A DNA stretch of 64,000 nucleotides from Candidatus Marinacidobacterium sp. GTDB taxonomy: Bacteria > Acidobacteriota > Vicinamibacteria > Marinacidobacterales > Marinacidobacteraceae. The stretch lies in assembly GCA_965204755.1 (NCBI GenBank), contig OZ242011.1, positions 1,856,001-1,920,000 of the forward strand, in the 5' to 3' direction. Positions 38,362 to 48,013 of this stretch are shown here, piece after piece. The notes under the pieces were generated by a model that worked only from the letters and a program-made list of their open reading frames with translations, searched no databases and was not told where the DNA came from. Within the stretch, counting starts at the first letter, position 1; each line of letters begins with the position of its first letter. Made by a program: the position numbers and the translations under genes.

Positions 38362-39441
38362 GCCCGACCGCGCCGCCGCGATGTCCGGCGCGCCGTCGCC
38401 GTCCACATCGCCGACCGCGAGCCCGTACACCGTTCCCGCGCCGTCCCCGAAGGGAACCGGCGTGAACCGCTCGGCGGCGCCTTCGTTCCGGAGCACGACC
38501 GCGGGTGCTTCGCGGCTGCCCACGGCCAGGTCCAAGTCGCCGTCCCCGTCGAAGTCGGCCGCCGCCAGCGAATAGACATCGTCGCTCCCGCCGCTGATCT
38601 CGCGGGGCGGCGCGAACGAACCGCCGCCGCGGTTCCGGTGGAACAGCACTCCCCCGGCGATCTGATCGCTGACCGCGATGTCCGCGCGTCCGTCCCCGTC
38701 GAGATCGGCCAGCGCGACCGCCCGCGCCGCGGACTCCGCCGGGCCGACCGGGCGCGGCTCGTCGAACCCGCCGTCCCCGTCGCCGGCGAACAGGTAACTC
38801 TGCCCGCTGTCCCGGTGGGGCGTGAACAGGTCCGCGAGCCCGTCCCCGGTCAGGTCGCCGGCCGCGATGATCGTCGCCGACTCGCGTGACAGCGCCTCGC
38901 ACGCGGGGAACCTTCCGGCGCCGTCGTTCAGGCAGGTGTAGTTGACGCTGGTGTTGTCGCGCCCGCCCCGGTTGGCGACGATGAGGTCCGGCCGCCGGTC
39001 GCGGTTCAGGTCCGCCACCGTGACATACCGCGTCCGCCACGCCGGGTCGCCGAAGGTCCCGGCGGGGCGGAACCGCCCGGCGCCGTCGTTCGCGTAGAGG
39101 CGCTTCTCGTCCGGCCGGTCGTTCCCGACGACCAGGTCGAGGTCGCCGTCCTCGTCGAGGTCCGCCAGCGCCGCCGTGTAGGTGCGGTCCGCCGGGAAGC
39201 CGGTGTCCTCGGCGGCGGCGAACCCGCCCGCGCCGTCGCCGAGCAGGATCCGGTTCTCGAGCGGCCAGTGCCGCCCCTTCGCCAGCACCAGGTCGAGGTC
39301 GCCGTCCCCGTCGAGGTCGCCGAAACTCGCGCCGGCACTCGTCTCCGCCGTCTCTTCGAGCGCCCGCGCCTCGAACCGGATCTCTCGGGCGCCCGGGCCG
39401 GCCTGCGCCGGCGCCGCGAGGAGGAGCAGGAGAACCGTCAT
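38329..39441 (-). CDS. FG-GAP/VCBS repeat protein, secreted
   Basis: seven D(L/F/V)DGDG..D repeats; short signal peptide. Confidence 0.88.
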   Translation of the reverse strand: MTVLLLLLAAPAQAGPGAREIRFEARALEETAETSAGASFGDLDGDGDLDLVLAKGRHWPLENRILLGDGAGGFAAAEDTGFPADRTYTAALADLDEDGDLDLVVGNDRPDEKRLYANDGAGRFRPAGTFGDPAWRTRYVTVADLNRDRRPDLIVANRGGRDNTSVNYTCLNDGAGRFPACEALSRESATIIAAGDLTGDGLADLFTPHRDSGQSYLFAGDGDGGFDEPRPVGPAESAARAVALADLDGDGRADIAVSDQIAGGVLFHRNRGGGSFAPPREISGGSDDVYSLAAADFDGDGDLDLAVGSREAPAVVLRNEGAAERFTPVPFGDGAGTVYGLAVGDVDGDGAPDIAAARSGAANLLYLARP

Positions 39442-39567
39442 CGGGATGCGCCCTTTCGGATGGGATGCCCGCGCATTGTCGTCCCCGACCGGCGCGGCTC
39501 CGCGCCCGGGCGCCGAGCGCCGGCCGGCCGGCCCGTTCGCCAGACTTCCCGTGATCCGACCCTCCCG

Positions 39568-40785
39568 ATGACCGACTCGTGGATTCCCCGCCATCTCGCG
39601 GCGGTCCTGCGCTCGGCGGCCGCCCAATTCCCGGTCGTCTCCGTCACCGGCCCGCGCCAGTCCGGGAAGACCACCCTCCTCCGCCGCCAGTTCCCCGACC
39701 ACGCCCATGTGTCCCTGGAACACCCGCTGGATCGCGCCGAGGCGCTCGAAGACCCCCGCGGCTTTCTCGCCCGCTTCCCCGGCCCCGTGATCCTCGACGA
39801 GGCGCAGCACGCCCCGGCGCTGTTCTCCTACATCCAACTGGCGGTGGACGACGATCCTTCGCTCGGCCGCTTCGTCCTCGCCGGTTCGCAGAACTTCCTC
39901 CGGATGCCGAAGATCACCCAGTCGCTCGCCGGCCGCGTCCGGGTCACCCATCTCCTGCCGTTCTCCCGCGCCGAACTGGCGCGTTCACCGATCCGCTCCA
40001 CCGCCGACCTCCTCTCCGACGCCGCCGATCCCTCCGCCATCGAACCCCCCGGCGAGCACTGGACGGACGAAGCCGCGCGCGGCTTCTACCCGCCGATCCA
40101 CGACCGCGGCGCCACCCCCGCGACTTGGCTCGCGTCCCACTTCCAGACCTACCTTCAAGGCGATGTCCGCGACCTGACCCGCGTCGGCGACCTCGACGCC
40201 TTCGCCCGGTTCGTCCGGCTCACTGCCGGTCGCGTCGGCGGCTTCCTCGACCTCACCGCCCTCGGCAACGACTGCGGCGTCAGCCGAGACACCGCCCGCC
40301 GCTGGCTCGGCGTCCTGGAGACCGGCTTCGCGGTGTTCCGCCTGTCCCCGTACTACCGCAACTTCCGCCGGCGCCTGACGAAGCGCCCGAAGATCTACTT
40401 CACCGACACCGGCCTCCTCTGCTGGCTGCTCGGCATCCGCGACGGCGCCACCCTGCGCGACCACCCCCTCCGGGGCGCGGTCTTCCAGAACTTCATCATC
40501 GCGGAAGTCCTGAAGAACGAGCACCACACCGGCGAGGTCCCCTGGCTCCACTCCTTCCGCGACCACCGCGGCAACGAGGTGGCCCTCATCGTCGAGACCG
40601 AAGGCGTCCCCCACGCCGTGGAGATCGAGTCCGGCCAAACCGCCACCACCGACATGCTCCGCGGCCTCCGTTACTGGGCCTCCCTCACCGGCGAGGAGGG
40701 GCGGCGGACGCTGGTGTACGGCGGCGCCGACGACGCGATCCGCTCCGGGATCCCCGTCCGCAGTTGGCGCAACTGGCCCCGCTGA
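39568..40785 (+). CDS. AAA+ ATPase with DUF4143
   Basis: GPRQSGKTT, LDEAQ, QSLAGR, KRPKIYFTDTG. Confidence 0.9.
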   Translation: MTDSWIPRHLAAVLRSAAAQFPVVSVTGPRQSGKTTLLRRQFPDHAHVSLEHPLDRAEALEDPRGFLARFPGPVILDEAQHAPALFSYIQLAVDDDPSLGRFVLAGSQNFLRMPKITQSLAGRVRVTHLLPFSRAELARSPIRSTADLLSDAADPSAIEPPGEHWTDEAARGFYPPIHDRGATPATWLASHFQTYLQGDVRDLTRVGDLDAFARFVRLTAGRVGGFLDLTALGNDCGVSRDTARRWLGVLETGFAVFRLSPYYRNFRRRLTKRPKIYFTDTGLLCWLLGIRDGATLRDHPLRGAVFQNFIIAEVLKNEHHTGEVPWLHSFRDHRGNEVALIVETEGVPHAVEIESGQTATTDMLRGLRYWASLTGEEGRRTLVYGGADDAIRSGIPVRSWRNWPR

Positions 40786-40856
40786 CCCCTCCGGTGGGTC
40801 GGCCCGGCGCCTCTCTCCCATCCGATGAGGCCCGGGGAGGGGCTCAGATCGGGGCT

Positions 40857-40964
40857 CCATATGTTCGCCAGCCTTTAACAAGATCTCTCTCCTCACGCCA
40901 TATGTTCGGTGGCCTTTAACAAGGAGCCGCAAGCGAGCCTATATGTTCGTCCGGCGATAATAAG
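40857..40964 (+). repeat. three 26-bp repeats at 41-bp period upstream of the Fic gene
   Basis: CCATATGTTCGCCAGCCTTTAACAAG / CCATATGTTCGGTGGCCTTTAACAAG / CTATATGTTCGTCCGGCGATAATAAG. Confidence 0.75.
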
Positions 40965-41003
40965 GACGCTGATTTCACCCGATTTTTGCGACCCCGCCAC
41001 CCG

Positions 41004-42185
41004 ATGATGTCTCCCCGCTCGGCCTCCGCATCGAGGGCCGGCCGCTGGGTCGCGCAGCCGGAGGGCTACCGGGCGTTCGTCCCCAAGCCCCTGCCGCCGG
41101 ACCCGCCGCTTCGGCTCCATGCCCGGCTGCAGACGGCGCTGTCGCGGGCGGACCAGGCGCTTGGCAGGCTTGATGGCTCCATCGAGATCCTGCCGGACCC
41201 GGATCTCTTCCTGCTGACCTACATCCGCCAGGAAGCAGTCCTGTCCAGCCAGATCGAGGGCACCCAGAGTTCCCTCGAGGATCTGCTCGCCGCCGAGGCG
41301 CAAGTGCTCGATCCGGAGCGACCGGACGACGCCCACGAGGTCATCAACTATGTCGCCGCGATGAACGAGGGGCTCAAGGCGATCCGCGAAGAAGAGGTCT
41401 CCGTGGATCTCATCAGGGCCCTCCACCGGCGACTGCTGGAAGGTGGCCGGGGCGCCGAACTCGCGCCGGGGCACTTGCGCGAGAACCAAGTCTGGATCGG
41501 TCCGCCACAGTCAACGATCCGGGAGGCCTCCTTCGTACCACCTCCGCCGAGCGAGGTTCGGCAGGCTCTGGATGCGCTCGAGACCTACCTGCGACAGGAC
41601 CCGACCGACACGCCGGCCTTGGTCCGAATCGGCCTCGCGCACGCCCAGTTCGAAACGATCCACCCGTTTCGCGACGGCAACGGCCGGATCGGCCGCCTGC
41701 TGATCACCCTGCTGCTCTGTCGCGCGCAGATCCTCCAGAAGCCGGTGCTCTACCTGTCGTGGTTCTTCAAGCGGTACCGCTCCCAGTACTACGAACGGCT
41801 TCAGGCGGTCCGCGACGACGGCCAATGGGAAGAATGGGTCGAGTTCTTCCTTCTCGCCGTTGCGGAGATAAGCGAGAGCGCGGTCCAGACCACACGCCGT
41901 ATCCTCTCCCTCCGGGAGCGCCACCGCGCCCTCATCGCCCGCGAACTGGGCAGCACGGCATCGAACGGCCACCGCGTGCTCGAAGGCCTGTTCCGACAGC
42001 CGTTTCTCACCGTGGCTAGCGTCCGCCAGACGATCGAGACGAGTTACCCCGCCGCGAACAACTTGGTGGCGCGCCTCGTGGAGGTCGGAATCCTCACGGA
42101 GCGGACCGGCCGCCGCCGTAACCGCGTCTTCTCGTACGACGCCTACCTGAGAATCTTCGTCGAGGGACCGGGCACCAACGAATAA
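41004..42185 (+). CDS. Fic family protein
   Basis: SSQIEGT inhibitory motif, HPFRDGNGRIGR, C-terminal HTH. Confidence 0.93.
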   Translation: MMSPRSASASRAGRWVAQPEGYRAFVPKPLPPDPPLRLHARLQTALSRADQALGRLDGSIEILPDPDLFLLTYIRQEAVLSSQIEGTQSSLEDLLAAEAQVLDPERPDDAHEVINYVAAMNEGLKAIREEEVSVDLIRALHRRLLEGGRGAELAPGHLRENQVWIGPPQSTIREASFVPPPPSEVRQALDALETYLRQDPTDTPALVRIGLAHAQFETIHPFRDGNGRIGRLLITLLLCRAQILQKPVLYLSWFFKRYRSQYYERLQAVRDDGQWEEWVEFFLLAVAEISESAVQTTRRILSLRERHRALIARELGSTASNGHRVLEGLFRQPFLTVASVRQTIETSYPAANNLVARLVEVGILTERTGRRRNRVFSYDAYLRIFVEGPGTNE

Positions 42186-42232
42186 GCGCCGACACCGTCG
42201 ACGCGCACCTCGCCGGAATCAGCGACCGGCGA

Positions 42233-42823
42233 TCATGCGGATGCCGCCCCGAGCGCCCGACGGATTCGCCGAAGGCCGGTCGCCGCGCCCTGGAAACGCC
42301 TTCGGCGGACCTCGCGAATCCGATACTCCATCTCCGTTCGCGACACATGGAAGATGTCCGCCAACTCCGTCGCCGTCGCGGCGCCGACCACCGGAACGAG
42401 AAGCCGGTCCGGAACGAGGAGATGAGCGGCGAAGCAATTCGCTTCCCGTTCCGAAGGCCCCCGGTCGTCCGTGTGCCGGAACCTCGACAGGAACCGGTAC
42501 TCCTCCGGGTTCTCTTCGTAGAAGCGGCGATGAAGAACCCAGTGGCCGAGTTCGTGGGCGATGGTGAAGCACCGGCGGACGAAGGTGTCCGCCGAGTTGA
42601 CGAGGATTTTCCGCTTCTCGAAGTCGCAGAGCCCGGACACGCGGTCCCGGTTCCGCCCGAAGTCCCCGAGCACGACCTCCACCCCGTTTCGCTCCGCGAT
42701 CTCCACCACCGGAACCGGGGCGGCCCCGTAAACCTCGGAGAGCGCGTCCGCCTCCCGGATGGCGAGCCCCCGGCGCGGCTCCGCGGGCCTCTCGGCGGTC
42801 ATCATGAGCGAGTCCCTCCTCAT
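42233..42823 (-). CDS. ImmA/IrrE (peptidase M78) metallopeptidase
   Basis: FTIAHELGH..EREANCFAAHLLVP. Confidence 0.85.
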   Translation of the reverse strand: MRRDSLMMTAERPAEPRRGLAIREADALSEVYGAAPVPVVEIAERNGVEVVLGDFGRNRDRVSGLCDFEKRKILVNSADTFVRRCFTIAHELGHWVLHRRFYEENPEEYRFLSRFRHTDDRGPSEREANCFAAHLLVPDRLLVPVVGAATATELADIFHVSRTEMEYRIREVRRRRFQGAATGLRRIRRALGAASA

Positions 42824-42896
42824 CGAACCAATTCTCGACACGCGGCCGCCCGAAAACCAAACGCGCGCTGCCCCGGGCCATTCGGCGCGGGCTCGA

Positions 42897-43892
42897 TCAG
42901 GTTGACGGCGCAACGAGCGCCCGGCGGATCTGCCGGATCCCGTCCGCCCCGACCTGGCAGCAGCCCCCGATCGCCGTAGCCCCGAGAGCCCGCCACTCGG
43001 AAGCCTGCGCCGCGAGGTCGGCAGCCGGCGCCGCCTCCCACTCCTTCGCCTCCGCGTCCCAGCGGCCGCCGCCGTTCGGATAGACCACGATCGGGAGCCC
43101 CGTACCCGCCGCCGCGATGGCGCGGATCAGCGGCGCGATGTGCCCGGGCGCCGCGCAGTTCACCCCCACCGCGACCAACGGCGCCCGCGCGGCGACTTCG
43201 CGCGCGGTCGCCCCGACCGGCGCGCCGTCGCTCAAGTGCGCACCGTCCCGGCAGCAGAACGACATCCACGCCCTCGGCGCCTCCGGCCGCCGCCCGGCCA
43301 TATCACCCAGCAGGTCGGCGACCACCACCGCCTCCCGCGCCGACGGGATCGTCTCCACGGCCAGCAGTTCCGCGCCGGCCGCCCCCGCCTCGTCCGCGAG
43401 CGTCTCCAACCGCCGCCGGTGGAACCGCGCCAGTTCGCCGTCGCCCGCCGAGTAGTCCCCCCGGTACTCGGAGCCGTCGGCGAGGAACGCCCCGTACGGT
43501 CCGACGCTCACCGCCGCCAACGGCCGCCGCCGCCCGGCGGCCTGCTGCGCCGCCCCGACGCGCCCCCAGAACCGGTCCCGCGCCTCCGCCGCCAGCCGAA
43601 CCCCGCGCCGCAGCGCCCGCTCGGCCTCCGCGTCCCCCAACCCCGCCGCGGCGAACCCCTCGAAACTCGCCTGGTAGGTCCCCGCCGTGACCACATCGGC
43701 CCCGGCCTCGAGGAACCGGAGGTGCGCCCGCAACACCGCCTCCGGCCGTTCGAGCAGCACCCGCGCCGTCCACAACGGATCGTCCAGGGAGACGCCCTCC
43801 ACTTCGAGTTCCGTCGAGAGCCCCCCGTCGAGGATCACCGTCCCGTCCCCGAAGGGCCGGCCGCCGGCGGCCCCGGTCGCGCCCCGATTCAT
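42897..43892 (-). CDS. mmuM: homocysteine S-methyltransferase
   Basis: LDGGLSTELE, GPYGAFLADGSEYRG, ETIP, GVNC, IGGCC. Confidence 0.9.
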   Translation of the reverse strand: MNRGATGAAGGRPFGDGTVILDGGLSTELEVEGVSLDDPLWTARVLLERPEAVLRAHLRFLEAGADVVTAGTYQASFEGFAAAGLGDAEAERALRRGVRLAAEARDRFWGRVGAAQQAAGRRRPLAAVSVGPYGAFLADGSEYRGDYSAGDGELARFHRRRLETLADEAGAAGAELLAVETIPSAREAVVVADLLGDMAGRRPEAPRAWMSFCCRDGAHLSDGAPVGATAREVAARAPLVAVGVNCAAPGHIAPLIRAIAAAGTGLPIVVYPNGGGRWDAEAKEWEAAPAADLAAQASEWRALGATAIGGCCQVGADGIRQIRRALVAPST

Positions 43893-43968
43893 CCCGGACA
43901 GTCTCGCGCCGCCATCCGACCTCCGGAGCCTTCCTCCCGCGCCCGCCAGCCATTCGGTTCGTCGGGAT

Positions 43969-45201
43969 TCAGGGGTTCCGGTCCGGCCGCGCCCACACGG
44001 TGAGGCGCAGTTCCTCGCCGAACAGTTCGTACTCGGGGCGGCGTCCGGCGTAGGCCTCGCCCTCTTCGAGGATCTTGCGCACGCCTTCGCCGCGTGACTC
44101 CACGAAGACCTCGCCCGTGCGTCGGCTGAAGATCTTGGACAGGAAGGACACCAGGCGCTCGTTGCGCGTCGAAGACCGATACGGCATCTCCGCGACGGTG
44201 AGCGAGTTCGGCAGTTTCCCCGGGCTGTAGATTTCGAGCCGATCCGCGAAGAGGAAGAGTCGGATCTTCGATCCGTGGATGGAGTAGTCGCGGTGGGCGA
44301 CGGCGTTGACGATCGCCTCCTCGATGACATCGAGATCGTAGAGCGGTTCGACGCCCTGCGGCCAGCCGGCGGGCCGGTTTCGCCCGTTCTTCGCGAACCT
44401 GGTGACGAAAGCCGCGCCGGCATCGATCTGGTCGGAGACCGGGCCGTCGAGCCTTTCCGAGTGGATCAAGTCGTCCGACGAGAGCCGGACTCCCCCGTAA
44501 CACGCGGCCTCGATGTACGCCGACGGCAGGAACTCGGTCGCCGCCCTTCCGAAGGAAAGCAGTCCGGCGACCGTCGGACGGTCCGCGCCGTCCCGGTCGC
44601 GGCCCGTCACCCGCGTGTTGCGAAGGACATCCAACCACGGAATCGAAGGAGTGCGGCCCAGGAACGCCTCGAGGCGACTCCGATCGAGAGCGGAAACCGG
44701 GGCGGAGAACACCAGTTGTTCGTCGAACCGGTAGTTGTTCTCCCGCTCCCGGAGAAGCCGGGCGAGTTCGGCCGTCGCGAGCGGCCGTTTCGCGGAGCCG
44801 ACCCGCGTGTAGTAGCGCCGGCCGGAAGTCTGGTGCACGAAGACGCTCCGCGGGACTTCTACGACGAGGACATGCCCCTCGCCCCCGTCGGCGTCGGGAA
44901 CGATTTCCTTGCGAATCGCGGGTCGCACGGGAGGAATGCAGTTGTTGCTTGCGATGTTGACCACCCACTGCTCCGCGGTGGCGAGCGATTCCACCGGAAT
45001 GCCTTGGACCTCTCCGGAGTCGGTGACTCCCACGAACACTACGCCGCCGTCCGAGTTGGCGAACGCTACCAGTTCGGCGGCGAAGTCCTCGGCGTCGGGA
45101 TCGGTCACGCTCCGGTTCCCGAACCGCACTTGCGCGAATTCCGTCTGCCCGTCCTCCCCGGCGCGCAGGCGGTACTCGACCCAGTTCCGAAAGTCAGCCA
45201 T
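43969..45201 (-). CDS. AlbA_2/Schlafen-domain protein with HATPase_c_4 C-terminus
   Basis: VAFANSDGG..VGVTDSG, EAIVNAVAHRDY, SPG.LP, RN..L, ESRGEG. Confidence 0.85.
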   Translation of the reverse strand: MADFRNWVEYRLRAGEDGQTEFAQVRFGNRSVTDPDAEDFAAELVAFANSDGGVVFVGVTDSGEVQGIPVESLATAEQWVVNIASNNCIPPVRPAIRKEIVPDADGGEGHVLVVEVPRSVFVHQTSGRRYYTRVGSAKRPLATAELARLLRERENNYRFDEQLVFSAPVSALDRSRLEAFLGRTPSIPWLDVLRNTRVTGRDRDGADRPTVAGLLSFGRAATEFLPSAYIEAACYGGVRLSSDDLIHSERLDGPVSDQIDAGAAFVTRFAKNGRNRPAGWPQGVEPLYDLDVIEEAIVNAVAHRDYSIHGSKIRLFLFADRLEIYSPGKLPNSLTVAEMPYRSSTRNERLVSFLSKIFSRRTGEVFVESRGEGVRKILEEGEAYAGRRPEYELFGEELRLTVWARPDRNP

Positions 45202-45475
45202 CTTCGTCGCTCATGAGCCGCCGGAGTCCGGTTTCCCTTCGGCGCTCGCCCGGGCAGGAAATCCTCGCCCGGTCGAGTCCGAACGCCTGCGCAGCCATCG
45301 TCGGGAACATCGAGCCCGGTCGGAGTTGAACCCTACCGCCCGAGCCGCGCTTCCCGACGCCGACCGACTTGCCCCGACGCCCCGAAGTCGCCCGGAAGAG
45401 CGCGAAAGTTTCCATCGAGACGCTTACCGCGAACATGATAGGTTTCCTCGCCGGGGCGGTCGAGGACACGGGGCA

Positions 45476-46612
45476 GTGGCGGAGAATCGCGTCGGGGCCA
45501 ATCTCGCCCGCCTCCGGCTCGATCGCGGGCTGACCCTGGAGGCGCTGGCGGACAAGGCCGGGCTGTCCCTGTTCGCCGTGGGGCAGATCGAGCGGGGGTA
45601 TGGGCGCCCCAGGATGAAGACGCTCCTCTGCCTGGCCCGGGCGCTCGGCGCGACGCTCGGTGACCTGACGACCCCGGTCCGCCGGCTCCGGAACGCGAGG
45701 TTCCGGGCGTCCGCCCGGCCCCACGGGCGGGAACAGATCCTCGTCGAGGTCTCGAGGTGGCTGGACGCCTACCGGATGCTGGAGACCGACCTCGGGGAAG
45801 CCCGCGACTTCCGGTTCGAGGCCCTGCGCGCCCGGCGGGGCCGTCGGGATCCGGTTGCCGCAGCCCGGGCGGCGCGGAAGGCCGCCGGTCTCCATCCGGA
45901 AACCCCGATCCCCGGTATGTGCCCACTGCTCGAAGCGAACGGCGTCAAGGTCTTGGTGATGGGCAAGAAGCGGAGGTCCTTCCTCGGCCTGAGCGTCGGG
46001 AGCGAAGATGGCGGCCCGGCCGTCATCGTGAACGCTTGGCAGCGGATCTCGGTCGAACGCTGGATCTTCACGGCGGCCCGCGAACTCGGCCATCTCGTGC
46101 TCCATCCCGACGAATACGACACCGAGCGCACCGAGCACTCGGAGGCGGTGGAGAAGGAGGCTGACGCCTTCGCCGACGAATTCCTCATGCCCGAGTCCGC
46201 CTTCGCCCGCGCCTGGGACGCCACCGCGCCGCAGCCGCTCCTGGCGCGTGTCCTCCGCGTGAAGCGGATCTTCGGCGTCAGTTACCGGTCGGTGCTCCAC
46301 CGGCTGGTCGCAACCGGCCGAGAAGAGAAGACGGTCTGCCGAGACTTCCAAGTCCAGCACCGGACTCGTTTCGGAAAGACGCCGGGAAGAACCGACGAGT
46401 CGGAAGCGCTCGAGAAGAGCGCCTTCGCGTGGGACTGGCTGCGGGTCAGCGAACCGGCCCCCCTCTCGGAACACGACTTCCTGGGCGACCGCCTGCGCTA
46501 CCTCGTCCGGCGCGCCTTGGAGGATGACCACATCTCGATGGGTCGCGCCGCCGAAGTCCTGGGTATGCGTCTCGTAGCGACGCGAGAGTGGATACGGGAG
46601 TGGGCGCGGTAA
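45476..46612 (+). CDS. XRE-HTH + ImmA/IrrE fusion (HExxH altered to RELGH)
   Basis: NLARLRLDRGLTLEALA HTH; ERWIFTAARELGHLVLH; EADAFA.EFLMP. Confidence 0.85.
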   Translation: MAENRVGANLARLRLDRGLTLEALADKAGLSLFAVGQIERGYGRPRMKTLLCLARALGATLGDLTTPVRRLRNARFRASARPHGREQILVEVSRWLDAYRMLETDLGEARDFRFEALRARRGRRDPVAAARAARKAAGLHPETPIPGMCPLLEANGVKVLVMGKKRRSFLGLSVGSEDGGPAVIVNAWQRISVERWIFTAARELGHLVLHPDEYDTERTEHSEAVEKEADAFADEFLMPESAFARAWDATAPQPLLARVLRVKRIFGVSYRSVLHRLVATGREEKTVCRDFQVQHRTRFGKTPGRTDESEALEKSAFAWDWLRVSEPAPLSEHDFLGDRLRYLVRRALEDDHISMGRAAEVLGMRLVATREWIREWAR

Positions 46613-46779
46613 ATGCGCTCGGCGGCGAACGCTGCCTGTTGATGGTGGTGACCAAGTTGCCCCGGCTTCATGGACGGGTTGCAGTTTGGGGTCCGCACCG
46701 CGTCCGGCGGCCGCCGTAACATCAATACGCGAATTTCGTGACATCCTGACGATTCTCGGCAGGTCGCTACGCTCCCGGT

Positions 46780-47919
46780 ATGGAGCGGAGCGAACTCCGG
46801 CGGCGGGTCGCGGTGAACTTGGCCCGACTGCGGGAGGATCGGGCCCTGACGCAGGCCGTGTTGGCGGAGCGCCTGGGATGGTCGCGTGCGCGAGTCGGCA
46901 AGATCGAACGGGGCCTCGTTGACCTGCCCGCCGACCAATTGAATGGTTTGGCCGGCGCGCTGGACACGACCTGGAGCGATCTCTACGACCGCGTGCGGGA
47001 GTTCCGCAGCGCGCGGTTCCGCGCCCGGTCGAGGGTGCGCGGACGCGCGCAGATCCTCGTCGAAGTCTCCCGGTGGCTCGACGACTACCGCCACCTGGAA
47101 ACGGATCTCGACGACACCGTCCCTTTCGCCTTCGAGCCGGCCCGGGCGCATACCGACCCGGCCGAAGCAGCGCGGGCGGCGCGCCGGGCGATCGGGCTCC
47201 GAGAACGCGAACCCATCGCCAACATCTGCGGCCTGCTCGAGAGCGGCGGCGTCAAGGTGCTCCTCCTGGACAGGAAGCGCGACTCGTTCTTCGGCCTCAG
47301 CGTCGGCGAACCGGATGGCGGGCCCGCCATCGTGGTGAACACTCGGGACCGCGCCGCGGTCGAACGATGGATCTTCACCGCCGCCTGCGAACTCGGCCAC
47401 TTGGTGCTGCATCCGGAGGAATACGACCCGGCCGCCACCGACCTCCCCGAAGACGCCGCGCGCGAAGCGGATGACTTCGCCGGACAGTTCCTGATGCCGG
47501 AGGCGGCGTTTGCCGGCGCCTGGGAAGCCACGACCGGCACGCCTCTCTCGCTGCGTGTCCTGACGACGAAGCGCATCTTCCGGGTCGGATACCGGTCCGT
47601 GCTGCGGCGCCTCGTCACGGGAGGCTACGAAGACTCAGGTATCGGGCACCGATTCCACGACGACTACGCGGCCCGGCACGGAGAGGCTCTCTTGCGGGGC
47701 GACGACCCGCAGCGCCTCGACGGCAGCGAGTTCTCCTGGGATTGGAACCGAGCGACGGAGCCCGCTCCCCTCTCGAAACACGACTGCCGGGACGCCCGGT
47801 TCGGGCGCCTCCTTCGACAGGCGGCCGACCGAGGACTGGTCAGCATTCGCTTCGTCGCGAGCGCACTCGACCTCCACTACGAAGACGCGCTCCGCTGGGT
47901 GCGTCGGTCATCGCCGTAG
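46780..47919 (+). CDS. XRE-HTH + ImmA/IrrE fusion, tandem paralog (CELGH)
   Basis: NLARLREDRALTQAVLA; ERWIFTAACELGHLVLH. Confidence 0.85.
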   Translation: MERSELRRRVAVNLARLREDRALTQAVLAERLGWSRARVGKIERGLVDLPADQLNGLAGALDTTWSDLYDRVREFRSARFRARSRVRGRAQILVEVSRWLDDYRHLETDLDDTVPFAFEPARAHTDPAEAARAARRAIGLREREPIANICGLLESGGVKVLLLDRKRDSFFGLSVGEPDGGPAIVVNTRDRAAVERWIFTAACELGHLVLHPEEYDPAATDLPEDAAREADDFAGQFLMPEAAFAGAWEATTGTPLSLRVLTTKRIFRVGYRSVLRRLVTGGYEDSGIGHRFHDDYAARHGEALLRGDDPQRLDGSEFSWDWNRATEPAPLSKHDCRDARFGRLLRQAADRGLVSIRFVASALDLHYEDALRWVRRSSP

Positions 47920-48013
47920 CGCGACCGACCATTCGACTCGTTCGGCGGCGAGCGGCGCCTCCGACGCGCGGCCGCCGCCGGCGCGTTACGCTCCTGAGTG
48001 GGGTTACTCGATA

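Noticed and set aside
40857-40964. Mini CRISPR array
   Set aside because: The spacers are only 15 bp, the repeats vary internally and there are no cas genes in the window.
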